Of a DNA stretch of 64,000 bases, positions 27,097 through 39,548 are shown one piece after another. The notes under the pieces are model-generated. The model saw only the letters and a list, made by a program, of their open reading frames with translations. It did no database searches and had not been told where the DNA came from. The translations under genes and the position numbers were made by a program. Position 1 is the first letter of the stretch. Each line of letters opens with the position of its first letter. Source of the DNA: Octopus vulgaris (lineage: Eukaryota); assembly GCA_951406725.2 (NCBI GenBank), contig OX597830.1, forward strand, positions 38,378,001 to 38,442,000. The letters are read 5' to 3'.

Positions 27097-27711
27097 AAGT
27101 TAGAAACAAATTGCAAAAATAAATATATGTGTGTAATCGTTGTTATGTAAATAAATATACATATTCACGTCAGCGTGTAATTCTAGTCAATTAACACGAT
27201 GTTACAAGTGAGTTAACATAGTTAATAACATGAATATATACCCATTTGGAAATTTAATAGTAATCGCTTAACAGGAAGGGACAAATTAAGTTCGGCAATA
27301 CAAATATCATGGCTTTAAACAAATGCTTTAACATCTATAAGATAGATTCTTTTTTAAATGGAGACATCCAGTGAATCGGAAATAACGTTCTTTACAAAAA
27401 TATATCGCACGAGTAGTTGAAATATGTTAAAGTGAAAGTATATCAATGATCATCCAAATGAAAATACATCAAAGTCAACATTTACTAAAAGATCCATTTA
27501 ACACAACTACACGTTCAAGGCTCAAAGAAATATACGACAATTGCTCTCTAGATACAAAGATATATTAAATAATGACTTCAAAAGGAATTGTATATTGATA
27601 TTTTTTGTCACAATTTCTATTTAGCAAAATTACAGTTTTAATATTGTGTTTTTTCAACATAATGAAAGGAACTTCCATGTATATATATATATAGAGAGAG
27701 AGAGAGACACA

Positions 27712-27758
<47 letters not shown>

Positions 27759-28458
27759 ATCTATATATATATATATATATTCATTCTTTTATGCGTTTTA
27801 GACCAAAGACTAGGGCGATGCTGGGGAAACACTTTTTCAATGGCTATTCTTGTGCGATTGACGCTGGGTGAAGGAGGTAATTCGATATTGCTGCACTCTT
27901 TTGAGCTTCTAACCTTTATGTAGGTTGATCTGGTGCTTAGGACAGCAGAACGTCACGTTTTGTTAAAGAGATCTCTGTGTCGGCAAAATATTAAATAGCC
28001 GTAGACTCTAAAACCCAAGCTATTATAGTACAAAGTTCTCACAATTAGAAGAGATGGTTGGGACCTTTGGAACACTGCAGTGATGTCCACTTTGGGAGCT
28101 CGTATAATTGTCGACGCCAAATTATGTTGTGCATATGCTTTGCGCAGTTACTCAACCTGTATCATTGCTTATCTCACTTATCATAGATCCAAGGAATATA
28201 ATGAAAACTCTTTCAGTCTCTCCCAATAGCTACACTGTTCCATTCATGCATCCTTCTCAGTGTGGCACCGCTGAATCACTTCACGTTCCAATTTTACAGT
28301 CGGGTGAACAGTAATCCAGTCGGTTGAGGAAAAATGCCGTCTATATAACCAGCATGGATTTCTGGGACTTTCAGTTCTATATTTAAGAGATGAGGAATTA
28401 TGTACATTATTTTCATTATTAGCATTTGATGGATATCGTCCTCATCTTGTTTGTTGTT

Positions 28459-28504
28459 AACACAACGTTTTGGCTGATATACCCTCCTGCCTTCATCAGG
28501 TGTC
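28459..28504 (-). ncRNA. Minimal type I hammerhead ribozyme (core mutated)
   Basis: GACAC-CTGATGA-A-GGCAG..CAGCC-AAAAC-GTT-GTGTT: stem I GACAC/GTGTT, palindromic AACGTT stem III, G12 replaced by A. Confidence 0.7.
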
Positions 28505-28552
28505 TTGGTGAAATTTTAAACCTGGGTTCTCATTCTTAAGGTAGTTTTCAAC

Positions 28553-28638
<86 letters not shown>

Positions 28639-28785
28639 CATTATTATTATTATTATGGTCAATCGAACTCGTAATATACCCGTGGTCATTTATGGAGTGA
28701 GTTTTAGGGCTTACAAATCTAATATTTTCCTATCCTTCCTTAATACCGGTTTCTATATGAGAACCCAGGTTCGAAATTTCCCAAA

Positions 28786-28834
28786 GACACCTGATGAAAG
28801 CTGGGGGGGGGTATATCATCCGAAACGTTGTGTT
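28786..28834 (+). ncRNA. Minimal type I hammerhead ribozyme
   Basis: GACAC-CTGATGA-AAGCTG..CATCC-GAAAC-GTT-GTGTT: intact core, weakened stem II, GUU cleavage triplet. Confidence 0.75.
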
Positions 28835-29219
28835 AACAACAAATAAGATGAGGACAAATATCCGTCAAATGTAAATAATGTAAATTATTTCTGGGCCTTT
28901 GTTCTGAATTTTTTCAGGATCCATCCGGTCATTCGGTTACACATTGCTACAGCCTTGGTGATATGCACGTGAAACCACGTTTTGTTGATCCTGACAATCC
29001 TCAGATCTCGCACTGTATTGACTCATAGAAGATTGCCGCAACTTTTGGTCCAGTGTATATCTTTTTAGTTCTGGAGTCTGAAATACATCAAAAGCTTCAT
29101 TAGAAATGGTCTAGATATGCTGAACCACCTGCTGAAAACAATTGATGAAGCTGCAATCTCAGCTTCAGTCGATGTTCTGAAACTATTCTACACAACTATG
29201 AAATAGAAGTTACCAGATT

Positions 29220-30510
29220 GTGGCTCGAAAACTAACCAGAAAATTTCCAGAGTACAGGGGCCGGTTGTTTATAGTGAAACATTTACAATTTATCCTCCTG
29301 AACTTCTCATTTGATACCACTTACTGCCGACAAAAATGTATAATTTCGATGAGAAAAAAAAGCAGTCCCAGTCCCTGGGAACCTAATATCGGCATATTTA
29401 AATTTAAATATATATCCAGTAACAGTGCAGAAATATGGATACTCAGTTTACCACATTATATAAAAGAGAACTGGAAAAGATATCTGGATGGATGAATGCC
29501 GTATCATCTGGAATGGGTATTTTGATAAACTTCATGTATTTAAACCACTGCTCAGCAAGTATAAATCCAAATTTTTGGTTTAGAATAGAATATAGCAAAG
29601 AGATTCCTTGATATGTTGATAAAAATGTGAAGAATCAAATTGAAAAATATGTCTATTATAGAGCCACAGATTCAAAGCAATAACTTCTGTTATCACCTGT
29701 AACACATTAAATTAGATATTCCCTTTAATTTAGCGAAAACGATTTGCAAAATAGTGCCTGATGAAAATTCACGGGACCTACGTCTTCAAGACCTTAAAGC
29801 CACATTATTCGAGAGAAACTATCATCCACACTTATAGATGATGTGATTAAACGTACGAAGAAAATAGATATCACAACACTAATGGAAACAAAACGAAATT
29901 ACGCACCCCATTTACAAATACTACCCTATATTTCGACAAACAACCCTAGAAGCAATGTGGCATATAACACCGTTATTACATTTATATAACACCATTATTC
30001 AACATTTACCTATGCTCATTAGCAACGCTAAGCTGAACCATATTCTCAAGACACAAATTCATCAAAAGCAAAATAAAACAATATAAATCACAAAAAAGAA
30101 TACTGACCAATGCGAAATTATTTCCAATGACAACGAAAGCAAGAAGTAAAAGATGCGGACGTTCAAACAGTGGAACATACCTCAACCTACTGAACAGTTC
30201 GGAATTCTACTTCAAAGCGGACAAAGGTTCACGATTTCACTTGTGAGTCCGAAAATTTAATTTTTGTGATATCTTGTTCAAGATGTAGACACACCTATAT
30301 AAGCTAAACAAAGATATCCTTTAGACGGAAAACTATACTTCATAAGGAACAGTTTCGTTTTCCCAATGAATGGACAGATACCAGTGAGCGAACACATAAT
30401 GTGATGTGCGGGGAAGCCCCAACCAAATTTCACTGTTTCACTTTTTACCAGTGCAAGGAAACAATCTCTATACCACAACGATTAGAAAAATACAAACCGT
30501 GATCGGAAGA
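29220..30510 (+). mobile_element. Penelope-like element RT + GIY-YIG endonuclease pseudogene
   Basis: ENWKRYLD (~29464), VYYRATDSKQ*LL (~29651), DIPFNLAKTICKIV (~29715) and FTCESENLIFVISCSRCRHTYIS (~30236; GIY-YIG N-terminus). Many frameshifts. Confidence 0.85.
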
Positions 30511-32265
30511 TAAACGTGTAACAAATTTTGGATTTTATAAATATTTTAATTCATGAATGCATATCCAGCTTGGTATAAATTTCGTAATATAAATACTATT
30601 AATTGCCCTCTCGTAAAAAAAGTAATTACATCTCCTGTAATAACTAACTACCTTAGCTTTATTTAGTTTCTAAATCATTTACAAAAAGAAACTTTCCTGC
30701 TACTAACATAGGCCGGAACCTTCATATGATACAATAAAATTGTAAGATTTTCACTAATTTTTTTAGTCACGAAAGTGAAACCAATTGACTATGGAACGTT
30801 GTAAAGTGAAATTTGTTGCCTGTGATTGAAAGTTTACCGGGGTTTTATGGCCTATACGCCGGACAAAATAACATAACCAGACAAAGAAGCGGTATGAACT
30901 GTATTCATCTTCATTCTGTATATGCTATTGAATTTCATCACAATGTATGTATGTATAGAGATTTCGAAATAATACTACTTCCGTTGCTAATAATGAATTT
31001 GTGTCCAAAACTATATCAGTTAGCATCCGAGGCTTGTTTAGCATATGTCGATATTAATATTTGCCAATGGAGAAACCAAGATGCAGAAATCTATCAATTC
31101 CATCGCCACTGCCAGGCGGACATCCCGCTGTTACTGATACATTTATCACTATATGTCTATATGATATTCCTTCTTAAGAGAGATACTGCATATTCTAATT
31201 ATATATACGTATCTCAAATTCCCAATTATATATATTTCAGCAGTTTTAATGTATATAACGAAATGCAGTAATGTTTTCTCACTCTACTAATGTACTTGGC
31301 TGATATGAAGAATGACTGACAAACAATTATGAAATGGAACGCGAATGGAAATGAAAGCTTGATTGTTAAATTCTTTTATTTTCTCACACGTTTCAGCCCT
31401 AAGATTGTGTCCTTGTTGTTATAGAAATAAAATATATAAAGTAAAGTCATATATTAAGTGTAAATCTACGGGCGTTCACTTTGAAAACGCTACAACTCTT
31501 AAAAACTTTACTTGAAAATGACTAAAATTAATTTATACACAATATTTTTAATTTACTTAATTAAACAACGGAATGTCAACACCTGTCTTAATTAAATTCA
31601 CAGTAAATTGTCTCTGCATACGACAAAATATTTTTGCTGCTTCTCTGCATATCTGTCTGAATTTTGTGCGACTACGAGTAGTTTATATTTATCTCTATAC
31701 GATTGCTTAAACTCACTTTCTAATTCAATTTACCTATAATTGGTATTTTCAATTCTGTAACTAATTATGTAATTAAATAATAAAATGTAAACACCTGTTT
31801 TAATTAACTTTGTCAGTAAGAACTGGTGTTCCTCTCCCACTATTAATCGTATACAATTTTCTGATTGCTCTGTAAGTGTTATATCTTAAACATTAATTTC
31901 ATGGTTGTATTGCCTTGAAACATTAGTGTTAAGATTTATTTCGTTGCGTATCTCATTGTCATTTCATTTTCACAGTTTGGAAAACAAATTGTTTAATATT
32001 CTTACCCGTGTTCTAATATGAAGCGACAATTCTCAGTGAAGCCTATCGGCAGATAATACCTGGTGGTACCATAACAAGTTAAAATTTAATTAATTATTCA
32101 ATTAATTAATTAATGAAAATCTCTACAGCCACTTGTGAAGCAATTAAATAGATTAAAGGCAAGTTACGATAAAACTTCTGAAGAAATGATCATCAATAAA
32201 AGAAATATAAAAAACCGTTTACTTTAAATTCATAGATAAGAGATTTTCAGCCGTTTTTTTATTTC

Positions 32266-32340
<75 letters not shown>

Positions 32341-34640
32341 CATACATACATGTGTGTATGTGTATATTCGAATTATGTGCGTGTGTGTCTCAGGAGGTAT
32401 TTGATATTTCTCCCTGTTGCTAAGCAGGCATTCTCCGCTAAGTAGGTTCGTTAAGAATACATATAAAATAAGCAACTTTAATGAGCACATATTTTCGCTT
32501 GGAGCCAATTACAAACATGCGCGGACTCGCACATAGCCACTTGCACACACACACTCATGCTGATATAAATATAAATATATGTTTATATTCACGCTTGAAT
32601 ATACGCAAATGCATATTCATATAAATATGCATTAATATAATATAGATAGATAGATAGATACATCGATGTGTATACGTATATATATATACATGTGTGCCAG
32701 TGTGTGAATGTCGGCAATGAGGAATGATGTACGCACGAATCACGTATTTAGCTTAATTAATGAGGTAATTCTATATTTTAGTAATTTGTACACAGTATAA
32801 CATGAAATCAAATCTTGGATTTTATTTTTTAACATTTTACGACTTTCCAAATTGAAATGAAATATATTAGTATTCGACTCATAAATAACTGCTATTAATT
32901 AGACATGACATAAATTACTTAATTTGGTAATGTTTTTCTTGCAAATATCAAAACCTGTTTGGTGTTATTTATTAATTTTTTTTTTGGTAATAATGTAACA
33001 ATTCAAATCTCGTAGTAATTGCACCATAAATATCTGTATGTAAGTGTGTGTGAGTGTGTGTGTGTATAACGAAGAGAATAAACTGATTAAATATTTCAGC
33101 CTATGTTTCTGAAAGCTACTATGTAACTATATTTAATAGATTGTTAGGTCGGCAAAATAATGCAACAAACACACTACATCCTGATTTCAAATCCCACCAG
33201 TGCCGACATTGACTTTCACTCTCCTGGTGTAGATAGAATAAGCACATCTTATGTCGTACATACTGTAATGAATTGTACGCTTCCTTTAAGCTCATGGATT
33301 TGTGCACATGTTAGGATGCTGCATTTGTGTTTAATCATTTAAATTTTATATTTTTATACCAAATGTCAATATATGCTCAAGATCCATTTACCCTGCACTT
33401 CTGTTTAATTTTATATTGTACACTGTTCATTACATTAACCAGATACTTCATTGACTTTTAAATTATATCATATATATGCTATACAAATATTAATTCACTA
33501 ATTCTCACCATACTGTCTCTATCCAAATAAGTATAAACTACATACACTTATGGTAAAATTTACTTTTGTATTTTCGTTACATATTGCTGATTTTGCGATT
33601 TGGACTGTTTCATATTTGTTTTCAATATTAGGATTATTGCACCACATGTTTGGTATCACTTATGATTCGCGAACATGCGTGTACACTCTGTATTAAATAT
33701 TAGCATTCAATGATCCAAAAGAATACTAGTTTGTTTTACTCTAGTGAATATTAAAGTACGGTGTAAAAAACTACGTAACTTGCAGAGTTTCAATAGTTTA
33801 CTCTTGATCAATTTCGACAGTATACAAATGATAAAGGGCTAAATAATTAAAATATTTCTGCTCCTTGATTAACGCAAATAAGGCAGTTGTCAGCTGCAAG
33901 TGTAAAAGAAGACACGGCTAAATATATGCTAAATATATTTAAATTGGCTTTCTATCACAACTATCTGTTTTGAACAATATGATATTCAATCAGCATCCGC
34001 ATTAACATTTATACCTTCTCTTTGGTTGCCCTTACTAGAATTCTTCGATGTGGAGAAATCGGATGATATGTGTGGTCCCGTTTCATATTTGGAGCACCTG
34101 CGATAATGTGCGTTGATGATAAATCAGAAATATGGAAAATATTTTGTCTGTGCCATTATTCATTTTGCGAGAACATTTATCAAATTTTTGTTGTTGAACA
34201 GATGCTAATATTAAATTAAACTAAAAACGCTAGTAAGCTATTTCCTAATAATTTTGTCATGAAGAATTATTAATTTATTTTCAATGGATTATACTTCGCA
34301 TTTACTGTGCGCGAACGACACAGCAAAATTATATTTACAATAGTTTGCTTAAGGAAATAATACTTTATATGAAAAGCGTGTTTGAAGGAGACGAGATGTC
34401 TCAATATTTCAGTCTCTTATGATTTTTCAGCGAATAGAAAAGGGAAGTTCTTTCTTAGAATGTTCAATCCAGATTTTACATTATTCTACGTAATGAATCT
34501 TTGCAAGTGCTTGCCCTACTGTACATGTAATTTGATGAAACAGCTTAGATGTGAGATCGAAAGACTGGTCTCCATCGAGTAAATTATACTCCTATCATTT
34601 ACTCCTAAAAACGACAGCCAATCTATCGGAATAATGTTAT
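30510..34640 (+). pseudogene. Decayed LRR-coding tract (segment 8) with an LRRNT cap
   Basis: LPGFYGLYAGQNNIT (ORF 30813), LRNLQSFN (~33771), NKAVVSCKCK (~33878), PLLEFFDVEK (~34030), and ORF 34382 LKETRCLNIS...CLPYCTCNLMKQLRCEIERLVSI (CPxxCxC...VxC...LxxI-like LRRNT). Confidence 0.7.
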
Positions 34641-34879
34641 ACACACACACCACACACACACACATATCTATACATCATCTATCTATCTATTTATCTAAAA
34701 ATTGTTAAGTTCGATTGCGTAAAAATTGTTGAAACCTTGCAGGGTACAAAGTTGAAAGGGATAAATGTTTTTATTTCTCCTTTAGCTTTCAGAATTACTA
34801 CTATATGTATATATATATATATATATATATTTACGTATTTATAAATGTATGTATATGTATGTACGTATATATATATATA

Positions 34880-35401
34880 TAATAACAAACGGTAAAATTA
34901 ATTAATTAAGAAGTAATCAGTAATTTGACAAAGTAGAATTCGGCATGAAAAAGACCATTTCATGGTAAGCTTAAGTAATACTTCATAATTAGGATTCAGC
35001 AGAGATTTGCTTCACCACATACCGAAGTTTAGAAATAGCAGTCAAAAAATCTTAGCTATTCCTTCTACTTTTACAAGGGCTCCCAGAAAAACCAAAGTAC
35101 TTGAAAACAATCAAAGTAGGCAAAAGAGAAAAATAACGAAAATCAATCGGTACGCGCGTTTCGGAATTATATCGGTATAAGGAATAAATAGTTATACCTT
35201 ACCCGATCATTTTCGGCTCATAAGCGTGAGATTCCGGAAATATTAATTATTAAAATTAAATTCGAAGGCACTAGAGAATAACTCTCCACCTAACGGTATC
35301 AGAGAGAACATATTCAGTGCTAGTGCCGGCAAATTCAAAATACGAATGAGATTACACCCCTCGCCCACTAACGTGTCGCCAAGCAAGATGCTAAAGAGAG
35401 A

Positions 35402-35405
<4 letters not shown>
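34880..35405 (-). mobile_element. Diverged member of the hammerhead-bearing family seen at 55568-57432
   Basis: 34880-35050 aligns by eye to the terminal segment of that family (GGTAAAATTAATTAATTAA...GACCATTT...CCACATAC.GAA...TAGAAATAGCAG.CAAAAAA). Degenerate hammerhead at 35148-35227 (CTTATGA...long stem II...GAAAC-GCGC-GTA). Flanked by (TA)n. Confidence 0.65.
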
Positions 35406-35446
<41 letters not shown>

Positions 35447-35469
35447 TGTGTGTGTTTGTATGTATATAC

Positions 35470-35532
<63 letters not shown>

Positions 35533-35537
35533 TGATG

Positions 35538-35582
<45 letters not shown>

Positions 35583-35589
35583 TATGCGC

Positions 35590-35833
35590 CCTTTCAAAGG
35601 CTGGCCTGGCTCATGGGCCCGGTTTCCCGGTTTCTATGGCGTATGAGTTCCCCCAGCTGGACGGGACGCCAGTCCATCGTAGCGTTACTCATTTTTTCCG
35701 GCTGAGTGGACTGGAGCAATGTGAAATGAAGTGTTTTGCTCAAGAACACAACCCGTTTCCCGGTCTAGGAATCTAAAACGCAATCTCACGATGAAGATAC
35801 TGACACCCTAACCACTAAGCCACGCGCCTTCAC
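35590..35833 (-). mobile_element. tRNA-derived CORE-type SINE
   Basis: Reverse head GTGAAGGCGCGTGGCTTAGTGGTTAGGGTGTCAG, TTCTTGAGCAAAACAC core and a (TAA)n tail to the left. Confidence 0.8.
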
Positions 35834-35834
35834 A

Positions 35835-36215
35835 GATTAAACATATAGTATTCTTCAAATGTTCTAGAATACTTTTTTGGCGTAATTACGATGGCTGCTG
35901 CAACTTACACAAAAGTAATGGACACGTTATTTACAAAAATCTGGACTTTTTGCTATTGGATTACCAGCATCACCAGAGCATCTGACAAAATGCATTGTTA
36001 CGTAAATTCACTTGTTCTGAGTTGTAATTTTAAACTAGTGGGACCCGTGACTATTTCACGGAATTAATAGAAAAAATCCTATTGCGTTATTCCTGAAGAC
36101 TTTATCCAGATAATCTGAAGCCGTAGCCTGTGTTGTGTCTGAATCATAAGTTAGTTGCTCATCTGCTATTCATAGAAACGTGAAGGCAATTCAAATGCAA
36201 TGATTACTTAATGCA
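35835..36215 (+). pseudogene. Decayed LRR-coding tract (segment 9)
   Basis: YKNLDFLLLDYQHHQSI*QNAL (~35932), VNSLVLSCN (~36002) and IPEDFIQ (~36089). Confidence 0.55.
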
Positions 36216-36220
36216 CTATC

Positions 36221-36437
36221 TCTTTACTCTTTTACTTGTTTCAGTCATTTGACTGCGGCCATGCTGGAGCACCGCATTTAATCGAGCAAATCGACTCCGG
36301 GACTTATTCTTTTGTAAGCCCAGTACTTATTCTATCGGTCCCTTTTGCCGAACCGCTAAGTAACGGGGACATAAACACACCAGCATCGGTTGTCAAGCAA
36401 CGCTAGGGGGACAAACACAGACACACAAGCATACACA

Positions 36438-36494
<57 letters not shown>

Positions 36495-36611
36495 GACAGA
36501 CTTCTTTCAGTTTCCGTCTACCAAATCCACTCACAAGGCTGTGGTCGGCCGAGGCTATAGTAGAAGACACCTACCCAAGGTGCCACGCAGTGGGACTGAA
36601 CCCGGAACCAT
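36221..36611 (-). mobile_element. Family A SINE (5' end truncated)
   Basis: Near-identical reverse copy of 24912-25332. Confidence 0.9.
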
Positions 36612-36737
36612 ATCTATAAATATTTCATATAATTTATGGACAATTTTATAGACTTAATAAACAACACACATACAAAAAATGTTCACTCTTATTTTTTCCA
36701 CAAAAATAGAAAAAAAATACATTTAGAATTTACATAG

Positions 36738-36888
36738 GCACAGGAGTGGGTGTGTGGTAAGAAGTTTGCTTCCCAATAACATGGTTCCGGGTACAGTCCT
36801 GCTTCGTGGCTCCTTGGGTAAGTGTCTTCTACTATAGACTCGGGTCGACCAAAGCCTTGAGTGAATTTGGTAGAGGGAAACTGAAAGA
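36738..36888 (+). mobile_element. Family A SINE 5' half
   Basis: GGCACAGGAGTGGGTGTGTGGTAAGAAG...GGAAACTGAAAGA. Confidence 0.85.
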
Positions 36889-37018
36889 TATATATATATA
36901 CACACACACACACATACTCACAAACACATTGCTGTTGCTGTTGTTATTGTTATTATTGTTATTATTAATATTATTATCCTTATTATTATTATTATTCAGT
37001 AGTTTTATTTTTATTTTT

Positions 37019-37270
37019 ATAGCGTGCTTTCACTTCACTACCGAGCGCAGCTCTGTGTGCCTTGGATATGTGCTGTGATTTGTTTTGATGCTCTGATGGT
37101 TATTGTATGGAAAGTGTTCTGCGTAGGATGTGGGCAGTGCCTAGTAGTGCAATTTTCTGTATGTTATATGTGTTTGTAAGTCCTGGTGTTTTTGTTATGT
37201 ATTTGTCTGAATATTTTTTTATCATGCCTAATGCACCTACTATGATAGGAATTGTTTCTGTTTTCAGATT
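37019..37270 (-). mobile_element. R4/Dong-clade non-LTR retrotransposon 3' fragment in (TAA)n
   Basis: The minus strand reads KTETIPIIVGALGMIKK...IQKIALLGTAHILRRTLSI, the typical R4/Dong restriction-like endonuclease C-terminus. (TTA)n lies on both sides. Confidence 0.85.
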
Positions 37271-37302
37271 CTTCTTCTTATTATTATTATCATTATTATT
37301 AA

Positions 37303-37373
<71 letters not shown>

Positions 37374-37407
37374 TTATTATTATTATTATTTTTATCATTA
37401 TTATTAT

Positions 37408-39415
37408 TGCCTTTGCACAGCTTCTAACGCTGGAGATGTATTACAGTGTCAGCTGTTCCCTACCAGTGAATTAAGGTAAAACCTCTTATTTTTCGAACAC
37501 TTTCCGGAGTATTCAGACGGTCTCAAGCAGTGCGGTTTTCTGCGAGTACTCCACTCTTATTGCAGCCCCTATTTGTTCCACGTACCTCTCGAGATTTTTG
37601 CTCACTGTTCACAGGGATCCGACAATTATTGGTACTACTGCTACCTTTTTCATCAACCACCACTACTTAACCTCCCAAGCTAACCTGTCATACCTATTCC
37701 ATTTTGTTGTCAGCTGGGCACGCTGTATCTATGACCCAGCATGGTTTGTTATCTTTCTCAATTAAAACTATGTATGGCTTCCTATTCTCTATCTCATGGT
37801 CGCACTGAATCATAAACTCCCATAGGTTTGTTACATTTCTATATTCGACAATACCTTCAGGTTTGTGGTCGTACAAATTTTTTGCTCTGTCTAGTTCATA
37901 TTTGTTGCAAAGTGTCCAATGGACAAGCCTGGCAATAATGTCATGACGTCTCTTATATTCCTTTTGGAATAGTAGCCATAGATTTTCTGGCAATAAGATA
38001 TACGGTTTCACCGTTTTGTCCACAGATTCTGCTCTTATCACTTTCTGATGTGCTGTCTATCCTGTATTTTATATAGTTTGTTCTTAGTGCTTGCTCTTGG
38101 GCAGCACAGATTCGAGCCTCCGTTTACGGTTTTAAATCACTTTTAGTCATCCACAGCCATATTTTACACCGTCTGTCTTATCCTTAACATCTCTATGAAA
38201 TGGTCCATGCATTCCTTTCTTTACTCACCTATTTTCAGTTTCATTCGTTTTCAATTCCTTGTATAGTGCAATCTTTCATCCTACACAAGCCTGATCTTCT
38301 TACTTCTAATAATAGCGGTTCTGTGGCATTTTTTACATACCATGCTATGTTTTTTCCTTCTGCTCTAATGCCGTATTCGCATCCAATAAGCCCTTTTCCC
38401 CCCTCTTTTACTTGGTACGTACAGTCTGTCTTTATCACTTTTTGAGTGGACTGACCCATGTCTAGTTAGCACCTTTTGTCTAAACTGTTTAATTCGTCTA
38501 CTGTCCATGCGATTACCCCTGCGCCATATTTAAGGAGTGAATCCTCCCAGATGTTGATAGCTTCGATCATATTCCGTCCGTTTAATTTCGACTTCAGGAT
38601 CAGTCTTAGTCTGCGCAAGTACTCCACCTTAAATTTTTCTTTCGTTTCTTTCTCCATCAATTTATCCATTTCCCAAATCCCCAAGTACTTATAGCTCGTC
38701 TCTTCTATCTGCTTCATAACCCCCCGACGGTATCGTTAGTCTGTCCATTCATTTGATTTTGTCTCTCTTCAATACTAATCCACCATACATTCTCAGTCCG
38801 AACTCCATTCTGATATCTGCACTGAAGTTATACACCGTATCAACGAGGGAATTGACTTGGGTTTCATCTTTACCATAAAGTTTGAGGTCATCCATGAATA
38901 ACAAATGGTTGGCTTTTGGTTGGCGGATTTGCTTTCCTCAGTATCAGTGTCAGTGGTATCAAGCACAGTACAAAGATCTACGGGGACTGGCAGTCCCCTT
39001 GGATGATGCTCCTCCGATTTCTACTGTCCTAAACTTATTCCGTCTGCTGTTAGATCCGTCCTCCAATTCGCCATATTTTTTCCAAGCAATCGCTCAACAT
39101 TCGATGCAATCCCAAACAAGTTCATGCACTCCATAATCCAAGAATGTGGGATCATATCGTACGCCTTACGATAATTGACCCATGACAACTTGGCTAAGTT
39201 AATTGTCTTCCTCTTGCAGTCTCTGAGTACATTTAATCTATCAGGAGTTGATTCCTTGTCACTATGCACTTACGCTTGCAACCTTTCTACTCATGTCGCA
39301 TGATTCCATTTTTTCTAGATGTTCGTACCTTGATTCGGCGAGTATTCCAGTCAAAAACTTCCACATAAGTGGCAAATAGGATATCGGTCTGTAGTTGTCT
39401 ACGGTATTGTCTTTT
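37408..39415 (-). mobile_element. R4/Dong-clade non-LTR retrotransposon (5'-truncated; RT + RLE endonuclease), decayed
   Basis: WVNYRKAYDMIPHSWI, HLLFMDDLKL (~38880-38910), YKYLGIWE, EYKRRHDIIARLVHW and ENRKPYIVLIEK...VIDTACP. Bounded by (TTA)n. Confidence 0.9.
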
Positions 39416-39477
39416 CGATGTTTATTATTATTATTACTATTATCATCATCATTATTATTATTATTATTATTATTATT

Positions 39478-39548
39478 CAGTTCACTGCCTGGAATCGAAC
39501 TCAGAATCTTGGGGTTAGTAGCCCGCGCTTTTAACCACTACGCCATAT
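39478..39548 (-). mobile_element. tRNA-like head fragment (same module as the remnant inside 28379-28886)
   Basis: Reverse: ATATGGCGTAGTGGTTAAAAGCGCGGGCTACTAACCCCAAGATTCTGAGTTCGATTCCAGGCAGTGA with A and B boxes, adjacent to (TTA)n. Confidence 0.6.

Larger units (their letters stand above)
28379..28886. mobile_element. Non-autonomous Penelope-type element: inverted ~130-bp arms, each with a hammerhead motif, around (TTA)n and a tRNA-like remnant
   Basis: Arms 28400-28532 and 28759-28885 are reverse complements. Imperfect ~20-bp flanking duplication: ATTTCTGGGACTTTCAGTTCT (28358-28378) / ATTTCTGGGCCTTTGTTCT (28887-28905). Confidence 0.75.
27840..29200 (-). mobile_element. CR1-like LINE RT C-terminal fragment, split by an insertion at 28379-28886
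   Basis: The minus strand reads VRDLRIV...FHVHITK (~28960-29012), LNRLDYCSP (~28302-28328) and SYWERLKE (~28207-28230), matching the CR1/L2 RT C-terminus. Confidence 0.7.

Noticed and set aside
39478-39548. Possible tRNA gene
   Set aside because: A and B boxes are present but the acceptor stem is not convincing, and the sequence is tied to (TTA)n and a repeat family, so it is treated as a SINE-type head.
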